NCBI GenBank assembly: GCA_023426375.1
Contig: JAFAAV010000051.1
Span: 21,465 to 85,464 of the forward strand
Source: Actinomycetes bacterium
GTDB lineage: Bacteria; Actinomycetota; Actinomycetes; Actinomycetales; Micrococcaceae
Reading direction: 5' to 3'
DNA length: 64,000 bases
Shown: positions 17,800 through 27,102 of the stretch, piece after piece
Layout: the number at the start of each line of letters is the position of its first letter
Numbering within the stretch: the stretch's first letter is position 1
Notes under the pieces: generated by a model
What the model saw: only the letters and a program-made list of their open reading frames with translations
Database searches by the model: none
What the model was told of the DNA's origin: nothing
Position numbers and translations under genes: made by a program

Positions 17800-19003
17800 A
17801 CTGCACGCCTCCGATTCGCTCGGCGTGATTCCGCTGCGCGTGAACCGCTTGCGCTTCGCGGTACAGCTCTTCGGCCTGAGCGGTGAGGCGACTCTGCGTG
17901 AACTTCTCTGAGGGCCTGTGGTGGGTTCCGTGCGGATACTCGTGCTGGACGAAGTGGCGGATGGTCTCAGCGAACGCGTCGATCGAATCATCCGCGGCGG
18001 TGTGGCGGAACTCGGCGGGAAGATCGTGGGCGATGCTCCGGTCGCGCAGGATCACCGGGGTGCCGACGGAGACGGCCTCGTAGACGGTCAGGCCCTGGGT
18101 CTCGTATCCGACGGAGCTCTGCACGACGGCATCCGCATTCCGCATCGCCCACAGCACGCTCTGGTGGGCCACGGCTCCGAAGAACGTGACACAGTGGGAG
18201 ATCTCGAGTTCCACCGTCTTCCGGCGGGCGCGGGCGAGATCACTCCCGGCGCCGTACACGTGAATGTCGGCATCGACGCCGGAGCGGGCGAAGGCCTCGA
18301 AGAAGTCGCCGATGCGCTTCTCCTGGCTGACTCGTCCGGGCCACAGCAGCACGGGACGGCTTCGAGGCGCGCGCGGTGTCTGGCGCACGATGCCGAGCAG
18401 CGCGTCGTCGACACCGGTCGGGAGGACATGGATCTCCGCATCGATGCCATACCCGTGCAGGCGCTGAGCGAAGTGGGTGCTGGGCGCGACGATCACGTCG
18501 GCGCGATCGGCGAAGGCGCGCGTGTAGTCGGCGATGCTGCGCACGTCCGCAACGTCGAGGAATCGCCGTTGCGCGAGGTACAGCAGTCGGAACACTGTGC
18601 GCGGGAAGGGGAGGATCGCGGGGAGCCCGACTTCGATGTTCGTGTGCATGGTATGCACGAGCGGCAGGCGATGTCGCGCTGCGAACCGGTAGCCGTTCCA
18701 CGCTCCCCACACGTCGCCCTGCACGTGCACGCAATCGACGGGCGGCTTCTGCGCGAAGGCGAGATCAATCGCGTCGTCGAACCTGTTGCCCGCGAGGCTG
18801 AACGAGTGCTCGCCGACCTGGATGGCCCCGATCGAGACGTCGTCGGGGTGCGAGTACTTCGGCGACGGAGTGCGCTTGGACTTTGGCGCGCACACGGTGA
18901 CCCTGTGTCCGAGTCGTTCGAGGTGCTGGCGCTGCAGCCCGAGCGAGACCTGCAGACCGCCGAGGGTTGCTGGGTGTTGGTCGCTGAAGAAGGCGATATG
19001 CAT
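17789..19003 (-). CDS. Glycosyltransferase family 4 (GT-B, GT1-like)
   Basis: MHIAFFSDQHPATLGGLQVSLGLQRQHLERLGHRVTV… N-terminal GT4 fold and a C-terminal EX7E-like region (SVGYETQGLTVYEAVSVGTPVI). The 675-aa ORF extension overlaps the DMT gene in another frame and was rejected. Confidence 0.8.
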   Translation of the reverse strand: MHIAFFSDQHPATLGGLQVSLGLQRQHLERLGHRVTVCAPKSKRTPSPKYSHPDDVSIGAIQVGEHSFSLAGNRFDDAIDLAFAQKPPVDCVHVQGDVWGAWNGYRFAARHRLPLVHTMHTNIEVGLPAILPFPRTVFRLLYLAQRRFLDVADVRSIADYTRAFADRADVIVAPSTHFAQRLHGYGIDAEIHVLPTGVDDALLGIVRQTPRAPRSRPVLLWPGRVSQEKRIGDFFEAFARSGVDADIHVYGAGSDLARARRKTVELEISHCVTFFGAVAHQSVLWAMRNADAVVQSSVGYETQGLTVYEAVSVGTPVILRDRSIAHDLPAEFRHTAADDSIDAFAETIRHFVQHEYPHGTHHRPSEKFTQSRLTAQAEELYREAQAVHAQRNHAERIGGVQYAA

Positions 19004-19011
19004 GACGGTTC

Positions 19012-19923
19012 CTAACTGTGCGAAAGATGACCGGCAGGGATCGGGGACGCCTGCGCGTGCTCGGAGGTGCGGTGCAGGCGGCTGACCCCGGCGACTCCAA
19101 TGCAGGCGAGCGCGCCGCAGAGGATCAGCCCGAGGGCGGGCAGTAGGGTGAGTGCCGCTTCGCCGAGCACGGTGATGCCGACGACGGCTGCGGTGAGCGG
19201 GTCGACGATGGTGAGCGCTGCGACGACGACCGGCACCGGGAAGAAGCGGTGCGAGCGCTGCAGCAGCACGTTCGCGACAATTCCTCCCACCGCTACCACG
19301 CCGAGTCCGAGCAGGATGTCGGGGGCTGTCAGGACGGGGATGAATCCGTCTCTGAGGACGAGGGTCACGATCGTCTTCAAGACGGTCGTGATGCTGCCGA
19401 ACACCATCGCTCCGATCACGAGCCCGGACAGGCGCGCTCCCGGATGCGAGGCCGTCCGCCCGAGGATCGCGGCGATGACCCCGAAGACGGTGAGCGCCAG
19501 GAGGATCACCGCCGCCACGAGGAATTGCGTGTGCGGGTCGAGAGACGGGGTTCCGGTGGCAGGGTGGGTTCCCAGGATCGCGATGAATCCGAGGATGCCG
19601 ATGATGCACAGCACCACGGAGGCAACGCCCGCGCGGGTCATCGCGACCCTGCCCGCGACGCCGCCGAATGCCGCCGAGGCGGCGAGGGCGACGACGCTCA
19701 TCGACTGCACGGCGCTGACCGGAGCCAGCGCGAGCGCGATAAAGTTCGTCGACACAGCGACCCCCAGCAGGAGGAGTCCGAGCAGCCACCGCGGTGAGAT
19801 GAGGAACGTGCGCCACCGGCCGCCTGCCTGATAGACAGCCCGCGACTGCAGCTCGGACCCGCTCGCGAGCAGCACTGCGCCGCCGAATGCGACGGCGAGC
19901 CCGAGGAAGAACGTCGGGGTCAC
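19012..19923 (-). CDS. DMT-superfamily membrane transporter
   Basis: 303 aa with about 9-10 TM helices and an internally repeated hydrophobic pattern. 8 nt upstream of the GT4 gene and 1 nt downstream of the permease gene. Confidence 0.6.
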   Translation of the reverse strand: MTPTFFLGLAVAFGGAVLLASGSELQSRAVYQAGGRWRTFLISPRWLLGLLLLGVAVSTNFIALALAPVSAVQSMSVVALAASAAFGGVAGRVAMTRAGVASVVLCIIGILGFIAILGTHPATGTPSLDPHTQFLVAAVILLALTVFGVIAAILGRTASHPGARLSGLVIGAMVFGSITTVLKTIVTLVLRDGFIPVLTAPDILLGLGVVAVGGIVANVLLQRSHRFFPVPVVVAALTIVDPLTAAVVGITVLGEAALTLLPALGLILCGALACIGVAGVSRLHRTSEHAQASPIPAGHLSHS

Positions 19924-19924
19924 G

Positions 19925-21268
19925 TCACTCGCCCCGTTCCGGGGCTTCGAGCACGCGCCCCAGCACAGGCCTGGTGACGGCGACCCCTGCGCGGATCAGC
20001 AGCAGGCCGAGCAGCAGAACGACGACGATCGCCGCGGTGAACAGCGGTGCGACCATGATCGCGATGGCGACGATGAAGGAGGTGACCGCGACCGACGCGA
20101 TGGCGGCGCCGATTACGGCGGTGTTCGCCGGGGTGGTCACACGAAGCCGGCGCATCCGGTTGACGTCTGCCCGTGGCATCCCGATCCTGTCGAGTGCGAC
20201 GTACAGCTCGCGATTCTCCAGGATGCCTGCGGTCTGAGTGATGGCCACCTGGCAGGCGACGACGATGAAGGAGACGGCGACGAGTGCGAGCAGCATCGTG
20301 CGGGCGTCGGAAAACATGAGCAGCTGGTCGCGCGTCATCACCTCACGGCTCGCGCTGCGGCTGATCGTGTCGAGATACCCCAGGAGGGAGGCGGCGGGGA
20401 TAAGGATGAAGGTCGCCAGTGCCAGCGTGGAGACGCTGCGCCACGCGGCACGCGGGTCGTCCTGGATGCCGCGCGCGGCAACCAACCGTGCCGGATCAGA
20501 CGTGCGTGCTGCGACCCGTCGTGAGATCAGGGCGACGGCGAACGGGCCGACCACGCCGAGCACGGCCATCACCGCGAGTACGACCGCAGTGAGCGCGCCG
20601 AGCATCACGATCACGCCCCAACTCGGGGACATCATCTGTGTCACGAGCACCGCCAGCCCGACCACGACGAGTGCGATCACGACACGGAACCAGCTCATCT
20701 TCGGGGCGTCCTGCCGGGTGCGCACCCCGAGCGGGGAGAGCACGACGCGGCGCAGCCCGAGCAGCGCGCTCAGGGCGGCGATGATCACCAGGGCGGGCGG
20801 GATCGCCACCATCAGCCACCAGGGCAGCCACAGTTCTGATGCCTGGAGCGGTTCGCCGTGGATGGACAGCAGGGAGAGCGCGTAGGGAAGCCCGGCGGAG
20901 CACGCGGTGCCGGCCAGCACACCGATCGCGGCGACGACGGTGACCTCGGCGACCGCGATCCGGCGCACCCGGCGGGCTGTGACGCCTAGCAGGCGGAGGG
21001 TCGCGAGCCGGTCATCGCGGCTGCGGGCGGCGAGCCTCGCGGTCGCGGTGCCGAGGGTGATGAGCGGCACCAGGAGCAACGCCACAAGGCCGAACGCGAG
21101 GACCTGGTAGCCGATCTCCTCGGTGGGCGCGTTCCAGAACGCGAACGCGAGCATGGCGACGGCGAAGGCCAGCACGGCGGTGACGCCGGAGGCGATGACC
21201 TGGAGCCCGGTGATCGTCGCCGAACCTCGGGTCGGACGGATGAGCAGGAGGACGGCGTGCGGGTTCAT
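19925..21268 (-). CDS. ABC transporter permease, FtsX-like
   Basis: 447 aa, polytopic, with the FtsX-type repeat (…LATLRLLGVTARRVRRIAVAEVTVVAAIGVLAGT…). ATGA overlap with the ATPase gene. Confidence 0.75.
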   Translation of the reverse strand: MNPHAVLLLIRPTRGSATITGLQVIASGVTAVLAFAVAMLAFAFWNAPTEEIGYQVLAFGLVALLLVPLITLGTATARLAARSRDDRLATLRLLGVTARRVRRIAVAEVTVVAAIGVLAGTACSAGLPYALSLLSIHGEPLQASELWLPWWLMVAIPPALVIIAALSALLGLRRVVLSPLGVRTRQDAPKMSWFRVVIALVVVGLAVLVTQMMSPSWGVIVMLGALTAVVLAVMAVLGVVGPFAVALISRRVAARTSDPARLVAARGIQDDPRAAWRSVSTLALATFILIPAASLLGYLDTISRSASREVMTRDQLLMFSDARTMLLALVAVSFIVVACQVAITQTAGILENRELYVALDRIGMPRADVNRMRRLRVTTPANTAVIGAAIASVAVTSFIVAIAIMVAPLFTAAIVVVLLLGLLLIRAGVAVTRPVLGRVLEAPERGE

Positions 21269-21996
21269 GCGTCCGCCTCGATGCGTCCGTCGCGCAGACG
21301 GATGATCCGGTCGCAGCGGGACGCGACGTGTGCATCGTGCGTGACGATCAGCACGGCACGGTCCACTCCGCGGCCCGCATGGAGCAGCGCATCGAGCACC
21401 TCGTCTGCAGTGTGTGAATCGAGGGCACCGGTTGGTTCATCGGCGAAGATCAGGCTCGGGCCGGTGATGAGCGCGCGGGCGATCGCGACGCGTTGCGCCT
21501 GCCCGCCGGAGAGCTGCCCGATGCGGCGATCGTCGAGGCCGGCGAGCCCCAGGCGCGTCAGCTCCGCATCCGCTCGTTTCGCCGCTTCGGAACGCGGCGT
21601 GCCCGTGAGCAGCAGCGGAAGTGCGACGTTCTCCGCCGCGGTGAGCTCGGGCAAAAGCATGCCTTGCTGGAACACGAACCCGAAGCGCCTCAACCGGAAC
21701 GACGACCGCGCATCCTCCGAAAGTGCCGCGAGGTCGTCGTATCCGCTGCCATCAGGACGGTTCAGAATCACCGTGCCGGCATCGGCGGGGAGAATCCCGG
21801 CGAGCACGTGCAGGAGTGTGGACTTCCCTGATCCGCTTGGCCCCATAATCGCGACAGACTCGCCGGCAATGACCGTGACATCCGCATCGAGCAGTGCCTG
21901 GGTCTGCCCGAATGATTTGCTTGCTCCCTCAGCCTGGAGCAGCCAGCGTGAAGCGATGTGCGCGCCTTGGGGGTCGCGACGGATGTCGGTGTTCAT
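21265..21996 (-). CDS. ABC transporter ATP-binding protein (MacB/LolD-like)
   Basis: Walker A GPSGSGKSTLL, signature LSGGQAQRVAIARAL, Walker B LIFADEPTGALD. Confidence 0.9.
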   Translation of the reverse strand: MNTDIRRDPQGAHIASRWLLQAEGASKSFGQTQALLDADVTVIAGESVAIMGPSGSGKSTLLHVLAGILPADAGTVILNRPDGSGYDDLAALSEDARSSFRLRRFGFVFQQGMLLPELTAAENVALPLLLTGTPRSEAAKRADAELTRLGLAGLDDRRIGQLSGGQAQRVAIARALITGPSLIFADEPTGALDSHTADEVLDALLHAGRGVDRAVLIVTHDAHVASRCDRIIRLRDGRIEADA

Positions 21997-22234
21997 CGTG
22001 GTGTCTCTCCAGCGTTCGTGGTGGTTTCAGCGGCGCTATTCACGCTAGAAATCAGCACCCATGGGTCGATACCAACCAGGGGTCGAACTCTGGTGCCACG
22101 GCGCCGACCAACGTTCCACCCGTGGTTGGTGGTCGCGGCCGCGACGCCCCGATACCGTCAAAGTGCAGGCATCACCGAGAGCCGCGTCTGGTAGATGCTC
22201 GGGGAACTACGAGACGATGGAGAAACGAGGAGGG

Positions 22235-23464
22235 ATGATGACAGCCGACGCCGCGGTATCAGATGAGCCGGTTCTCCGACGCGCCCGCATCGTGCAGTGG
22301 TTCATCGATCGTCCGCGAATCGCTGACCTTCTCGTGATCCTCGCGTGCACCATCCCCACCGTGGTGGCCCTGACCATCGCCCCACCGCACCACACCTGGC
22401 TCGGTTACGTGTGCGCAGCGGGGATCGCGGTCGCGTTCTGGTGGCGTCGCAGTCACCCACTCGTGGTGCTGCTCGTCGTGGTCGCGCTCGCGACGCTGAA
22501 TCCGATATCCGCGAACGGCATGACGACGGCCTTCTTCGAGAGCTTCTTCGCCCTGTATGCACTCGCCAGGTACTCGCGCCTCCCGAAGACGATCATCGGC
22601 TACCTGCTAGGCGAAGGCACGATCTTCGCGACTGCCGGGCTCACGATGCTGATGGGGTTCCGGGAGGACTGGCCTATCGTCCTCCTCCAACCGGCTTCCC
22701 TCGTCGCACTCGCGCTGGGTTTCGCAGCACGGGCGAGCACGTCCCGTCGCCGCGCGATCGAAGAACTCGTCACGCTCCGCGAGGACCGCGCGGCCGCCGC
22801 CGAGCGCGCCCGTATCACCGCGGAGATGCATGATGTCGTCGCGCACTCGGTCACCGTGATGGTCGCCCTCGCCGGAGGCGCCGCCGCCGGGTGGGAGAAG
22901 CATCCCGAACGCGCACGCAACGCGCTGGACCAACTCGGCGACGTCGGCGCACACACCCTCGAAGAAATGCAACGCATCCTCCGAGTCCTCCGAGAGAACG
23001 ACGCCGACCTGGACCGGAACCTTGAATCCTCCGGCCACAACCTGCCATCCCTCGAAGAACTCATCGGCGTTTTCAAGACAGCCGGCCTACCGGTCGCTCT
23101 GATCATCGAAGGCGAAGGCCCCCCTCACGACGATGCCCTCGCCGACCCGGCGCTGCAAACGACCGTGTATCGGATCGTCCAGGAGGCGCTCACTAATGCT
23201 CTTCGCCATGCGACCGACGCCACGTACGTGGAGGTGCGCATCACCCCCGATAGTGGGCGGGTCGTGGTGTCTGTGACCGACAACGGGCACGGCGCGAAAC
23301 CAGGACCGAGTGTCGGAGCAGGAGTTGGTCTCCGAGCCATGCGTGAGCGGGCGAGCGCGTTCGGCGGAGAGTTCTCCGCTGGCCCGATCCCCAGCCGCGA
23401 AGATGCTCCCGGCCCCGGGTGGCGCACCCGCGTGTCGATCCCGGTGCGAAAGCGAGCAGCATGA
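22235..23464 (+). CDS. Sensor histidine kinase (HisKA_3/NarX-type)
   Basis: About 5 TM helices, H-box AERARITAEMHDVVAHSV, HATPase_c (QEALTNALRHA…DNGHG…GVGLRAMRERA). Start ATG 22235 follows GGAGG. Divergent from the ABC operon. Confidence 0.85.
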   Translation: MMTADAAVSDEPVLRRARIVQWFIDRPRIADLLVILACTIPTVVALTIAPPHHTWLGYVCAAGIAVAFWWRRSHPLVVLLVVVALATLNPISANGMTTAFFESFFALYALARYSRLPKTIIGYLLGEGTIFATAGLTMLMGFREDWPIVLLQPASLVALALGFAARASTSRRRAIEELVTLREDRAAAAERARITAEMHDVVAHSVTVMVALAGGAAAGWEKHPERARNALDQLGDVGAHTLEEMQRILRVLRENDADLDRNLESSGHNLPSLEELIGVFKTAGLPVALIIEGEGPPHDDALADPALQTTVYRIVQEALTNALRHATDATYVEVRITPDSGRVVVSVTDNGHGAKPGPSVGAGVGLRAMRERASAFGGEFSAGPIPSREDAPGPGWRTRVSIPVRKRAA

Positions 23465-24156
23465 CTGACCCGGTCCCCGAGAAGATTCGCGTCGTCGTCG
23501 TCGATGACCAGCCGCTCGAACGTGCGGGGAACGCCCTCATCCTGGACTCGGACGATGAGATCGAAGTCATCGAAGAAGCAGGCAATGGTGTGGAGGCGAT
23601 CGCGGCTGTCGCTCGCACACGGCCAGACATTGTGCTCATGGACGTCCGAATGCCAGTCATGGACGGGCTCGCCGCGACCCGCATCATCGCCGAGCAGCAT
23701 CCCGGCGTAAGGGTCATCGTGCTCACGACGTTCGACCTGGACGAGTACGCATTCGGCAGCCTCAAGGCAGGTGCGAGCGCGTTCCTGCTGAAGAGCACCA
23801 GGCCGGCCGCGCTCATCGAGGCGGTCAAGACCGTCGCATCCGGTGCCGCTGTCGCGGCCCCGCGCCTGACCTCGAAGCTCATCGAGCACTACCTTCAACC
23901 GACCGAGCCGCAACGAGACGGTCGGGCGGGTGAGAAGAAGGAAGTACTGGACGTACTCAGCCCGAGGGAGCGGGAGATCTTCTGCTCGATCGTGCGAGGG
24001 CTCACCAACGCCGAGATCAGCGAAGAGCTGGTGCTCGCACCGTCGACCATCAAGTCCCATGTCAACTCGATCTTCGCGAAGCTCGGCCTCCGCGACCGCG
24101 TTCACGCCGTCATCCTCGGCTACGAACTCCGCCTCAACGCCAGCACGGGGAGCTGA
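23461..24156 (+). CDS. Response regulator, NarL/LuxR family
   Basis: Receiver domain (VVVVDDQ…DIVLMDVRMPVMDG…KAGASAFLLK) plus LuxR HTH (LSPREREIFCSIVRGLTNAEISEELVLAPSTIKSHV). ATGA overlap with the kinase gene. Confidence 0.9.
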   Translation: MTDPVPEKIRVVVVDDQPLERAGNALILDSDDEIEVIEEAGNGVEAIAAVARTRPDIVLMDVRMPVMDGLAATRIIAEQHPGVRVIVLTTFDLDEYAFGSLKAGASAFLLKSTRPAALIEAVKTVASGAAVAAPRLTSKLIEHYLQPTEPQRDGRAGEKKEVLDVLSPREREIFCSIVRGLTNAEISEELVLAPSTIKSHVNSIFAKLGLRDRVHAVILGYELRLNASTGS

Positions 24157-24412
24157 GGCTGCTCAGCCACTTCGAGCAGCGCCCCGTCAGCGGCGCCCGG
24201 AAAGGCGCGGAACCCCTGTGCTGAGCAGCATCGACAGCGGAAGCCGGTAGGTCGATCCATTGTGGTCGAACAGCAGGCCAGCGAGATCGCTGAGTACGAC
24301 GCCGAGAGCCCGAAGTGGTCGTGCTGCGCTCTACGAAGCGCCAACGAGTGGTCCGCCCGGGCGCTGAAAATAGCTCCGCTCTCGGTCAGTTGAGCGGGGA
24401 GTGTCTTGCTGA

Positions 24413-24856
24413 CTACCGGTCGCGGCCGTGCGGGTCGCGAAGCGCGACACCCGCACGGCACAGCTGCACCCGGACGGTGCTGGCGTTGAAGCCCATCCGC
24501 TCGCCGACGCTGGCCAGCGACTCGCCCTGCTCGTAGCGGCGGCACATTTCGAGCACTTGTTCCGATGACGGCTTCTCTCGGCGCAACCGCACGCCTCGCT
24601 CCCGCAACCGCCCAGCGAGCCGCTGCCGGCTCACGCCCAGATCGACAGCGATCACCCGCAGAATCTCGCCGGTCTTGTACCGCCGCTCTGCCTCGTCCAG
24701 CATCTCCGCCGTCAACCGCAAGACCGGGCGCGGCAACGGCCGAGAGGAGGCCGGGCCCGCCGCTCCCGACCTACGGCGGTGACGGATTGCACGGTGCGAC
24801 GAGACCGACAACTGGAGGGCCGGGGCAAGGTTAGAGCACTGTCGCGCTACCTCCAC
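24413..24856 (-). CDS. Double helix-turn-helix protein (paralogue 2)
   Basis: Same two-module HTH layout as 16383..16763. Start is uncertain (GTG 24856 or TTG 24811). Confidence 0.6.
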   Translation of the reverse strand: MEVARQCSNLAPALQLSVSSHRAIRHRRRSGAAGPASSRPLPRPVLRLTAEMLDEAERRYKTGEILRVIAVDLGVSRQRLAGRLRERGVRLRREKPSSEQVLEMCRRYEQGESLASVGERMGFNASTVRVQLCRAGVALRDPHGRDR

Positions 24857-25174
24857 TTTGTCCTGAGTCGGGTCATCGTTGACAGATGAGTCGGTAGATG
24901 GATGACAGAAGGGTCTTGGAACTTTTTGGTTCCGGGGCCCTTTTGTCGTGTCTGGGGGTGGGGGTTCACTGCTGCGTGCGCTCCTGCAATCAGACAGCTC
25001 TCAACTACACCGCTCTCTCATTAGGCAATGCGATGCTCAGTTACCGCAGAGGACGCATGGCTGACCTACAACTTGAGTAGGACTAAATCCACCCCTGTGC
25101 ATCATCACGATCTTGACCAGGCCATTGAGGAAATCACCATTGACAATGCCCAGCCATGAGGTCACCGTTCTTCC

Positions 25175-25780
25175 ATGACACGTACCGCGCACGTACTGCT
25201 CATCGACCAGGTTGCCGACTGGGAAGCCGGTCATCTGCTGGCCGAACTCAACACGGGACGATTCATCTCAGAACCGTGGAAGGTGGTCAGCATTGCGGCC
25301 ACTGATCAGCCAATCTCCACGATGGGTGGACTGAAATGGCTGCCCGACATTACGATCCATGACCTAGACCCAACCCAAAGTGACCTATTGATCATGCCCG
25401 GCGGAGTGGGGTGGCAACCGGGGAAAGAGGAGCCGTTCGTCGCCACAGCTCAGCAATTCCTCGATGCTGGCGTCCCCGTTGCCGCGATCTGCGGGGCAAC
25501 GGAGGCATTGGCACGCGCCGGTCTGCTCGACAATCGGCCCCATACCGCAGCCGCGAAGGAAGCCCTCGAAGCAACCGGCTACAAGGGCGGCGATCATTAT
25601 CTCGACCAGCGAGCCGTCGCCGACGGCGGACTCGTTACCGCTGGACCCCAATCTCCGGTGCAGTTTGCTCGCGCGACACTCGGAATGCTCGGACTCATGT
25701 CCGATGAAGTGCTCGAAGCCTACGAAGCCCTATTCCACCGTAGTGATCCGTCAGCGTTCCCTGTGCTGATGTCCATCTAA
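25175..25780 (+). CDS. DJ-1/PfpI-family (type 1 glutamine amidotransferase-like) protein
   Basis: …DLLIMPGG…, nucleophile-elbow-like VAAICGATEALARAGLL, 201 aa. Confidence 0.7.
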   Translation: MTRTAHVLLIDQVADWEAGHLLAELNTGRFISEPWKVVSIAATDQPISTMGGLKWLPDITIHDLDPTQSDLLIMPGGVGWQPGKEEPFVATAQQFLDAGVPVAAICGATEALARAGLLDNRPHTAAAKEALEATGYKGGDHYLDQRAVADGGLVTAGPQSPVQFARATLGMLGLMSDEVLEAYEALFHRSDPSAFPVLMSI

Positions 25781-25819
25781 ACTCGGAGCGCTACCACCGC
25801 TCCAATCGCAGAGGACCTC

Positions 25820-26170
25820 ATGGCCCAGCACCGCATCTACACCACCAGCTTCGCCAGCGTGTACCCGCACTACGTCACCAAGGCGGAACGAAAGGACCGT
25901 ACTAAGGCAGAGGTCGACCAGATCATCTGCTGGCTCACCGGTTATTCCCCCGAGCAACTCCAAACCCAGCTCGACAACGACGTCGATTTCCAGACCTTCT
26001 TCGCCGATGCCCCAGCCATGAACACTAACCGCGCTCTCATCAAGGGAGTAGTCTGCGGTGTACGCGTCGAAGACATCGAAGAACCCCTCATGCAGGAAAT
26101 CCGTTACTTGGACAAGCTCATTGATGAGCTCGCCAAGGGCAAAGCAGTGGAGAAGATCCTGCGCAGTTAG
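25820..26170 (+). CDS. DUF2200 domain protein
   Basis: [42 protein letters not shown]… matches my recollection of the DUF2200 family. Confidence 0.65.
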   Translation: MAQHRIYTTSFASVYPHYVTKAERKDRTKAEVDQIICWLTGYSPEQLQTQLDNDVDFQTFFADAPAMNTNRALIKGVVCGVRVEDIEEPLMQEIRYLDKLIDELAKGKAVEKILRS

Positions 26171-26196
26171 CTCATTCAGAGGGAAGGGTCCGACCA

Positions 26197-26871
26197 ATGA
26201 CTACCAACGAGAACTGGCCTCCGATCGTCGATCGCACTACCTGGAACGATGCCCGAGCCGTCCTGCTGCAGCAAGAAAAAGCCCTGACCCGCATGAAGGA
26301 CTCGATCAGCGCGGCTCGTCGGCGAATGCCCATGGTCGAGGTGAGAGCAGATTATGCGTTCGGAGGACCAGAAGGCACCGTCACCCTGCTCGACCTTTTC
26401 GACGAACGACCACAGCTGATTGTCCAACACTTCATGTTCGGCCCGGACTGGAAAGAAGGATGTGACGGGTGCTCGATGATGGCCGAGCACATCGGCCCCT
26501 TGTCTCACCTTCACGCGCGTCGAACCTCGTTCGTCCTCGCTTCACGAGCACCGTTGGGTCGACTGCTGGACTTCCGCCAGCGGATGGGATGGGACCTCCC
26601 CTGGTACTCAACCGTCGGAGACGAGTTCAACACTGATTTCGGAGCCACAGTGGACGGCGAAGAACGACAAACGGTCAGCGTCTTCCTCCGTAAGGGTGAC
26701 CGCGTCTTCCACACCTGGTCCACCCAGGGACGCGGAGAAGAGACGTTCATGCAAGTGTTCGATCTGCTGGACCTCACCCCTTACGGACGCCAGGAAGACT
26801 GGGAAAACTCACCGGCCGGCACCCCGCAGGAACCGACCTATTCGTGGATGCGGCTCAGTGACAGTTACTGA
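26197..26871 (+). CDS. DUF899 (thioredoxin-like) domain protein
   Basis: …RRRMPMVEV…YAF…GTVTLLDLFDERPQLIVQHFMFGPDWKEGCDGCS… typical DUF899 layout. Confidence 0.7.
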   Translation: MTTNENWPPIVDRTTWNDARAVLLQQEKALTRMKDSISAARRRMPMVEVRADYAFGGPEGTVTLLDLFDERPQLIVQHFMFGPDWKEGCDGCSMMAEHIGPLSHLHARRTSFVLASRAPLGRLLDFRQRMGWDLPWYSTVGDEFNTDFGATVDGEERQTVSVFLRKGDRVFHTWSTQGRGEETFMQVFDLLDLTPYGRQEDWENSPAGTPQEPTYSWMRLSDSY

Positions 26872-26911
26872 AGTTGCTCGGTTTAATGTCCTCGAAGTTC
26901 AGAACCGGGCC

Positions 26912-27102
26912 CAGGCCAAAGTCGACCACCTCATCTATTAGCTCACCGGCTACTTCCGAAGCAGCTACTGGCCCAGCTCGCGCACGACGTCGATTTCCAG
27001 ACCTTCCTCGCTGACGCCCTGTCCATGAACACCAATCGTGCCCTCATCACCGGCGTTACCTGTGGTGTACGCGTCGAGGAGAGCGCGGTGTTGAGACCAT
27101 GA
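26912..27102 (+). pseudogene. Decayed partial second copy of the DUF2200 gene
   Basis: The DNA aligns by eye to 25905-26095 of the intact gene (…gtcgaccacctcatc…gacgtcgatttccagaccttc…atgaacac.aa.cg.gc.ctcatca…tgtggtgtacgcgtcga…). It has an in-frame TAG (IY*L versus ICWL) and a frame shift after LTGYF. The conceptual product is …[42 protein letters not shown]…. Confidence 0.7.

Larger units (their letters stand above)
1..24856. mobile_element. Putative plasmid-/ICE-derived high-GC segment (left end outside window, right end approximate)
   Basis: Contains a MobF-type relaxase, DprA, a defence locus and cargo genes. Sampled lines are about 67-78% GC, against about 52-55% in the 24.86-25.17 kb junction and about 65% in the core-gene block. 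No integrase or att site seen. Confidence 0.4.

Noticed and set aside
19004-19816. N-terminal 270-aa extension of the glycosyltransferase ORF (17789..19816)
   Set aside because: The extension is Arg/Pro-rich nonsense and overlaps the DMT transporter gene in another frame. The GT4 fold begins at MHIAFF (ATG 19003).
24157-24412. 256-bp spacer between the response regulator and HTH paralogue 2, including ORF 24120..24545 (-) and a ~40-codon frame ending …LLFDHNGSTYRLPLSMLLSTGVPRLSGRR
   Set aside because: There is no plausible start codon or RBS and no recognisable family. It is possibly a gene remnant, but I cannot support it.
24898-25234. Small ORFs (60 and 65 aa) and a tRNA/att search in the compositional junction
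   Set aside because: I found no cloverleaf-compatible sequence and no T-loop GGTTCGAnnC motif. The ORFs are short with no RBS. No integrase fragment was recognised.
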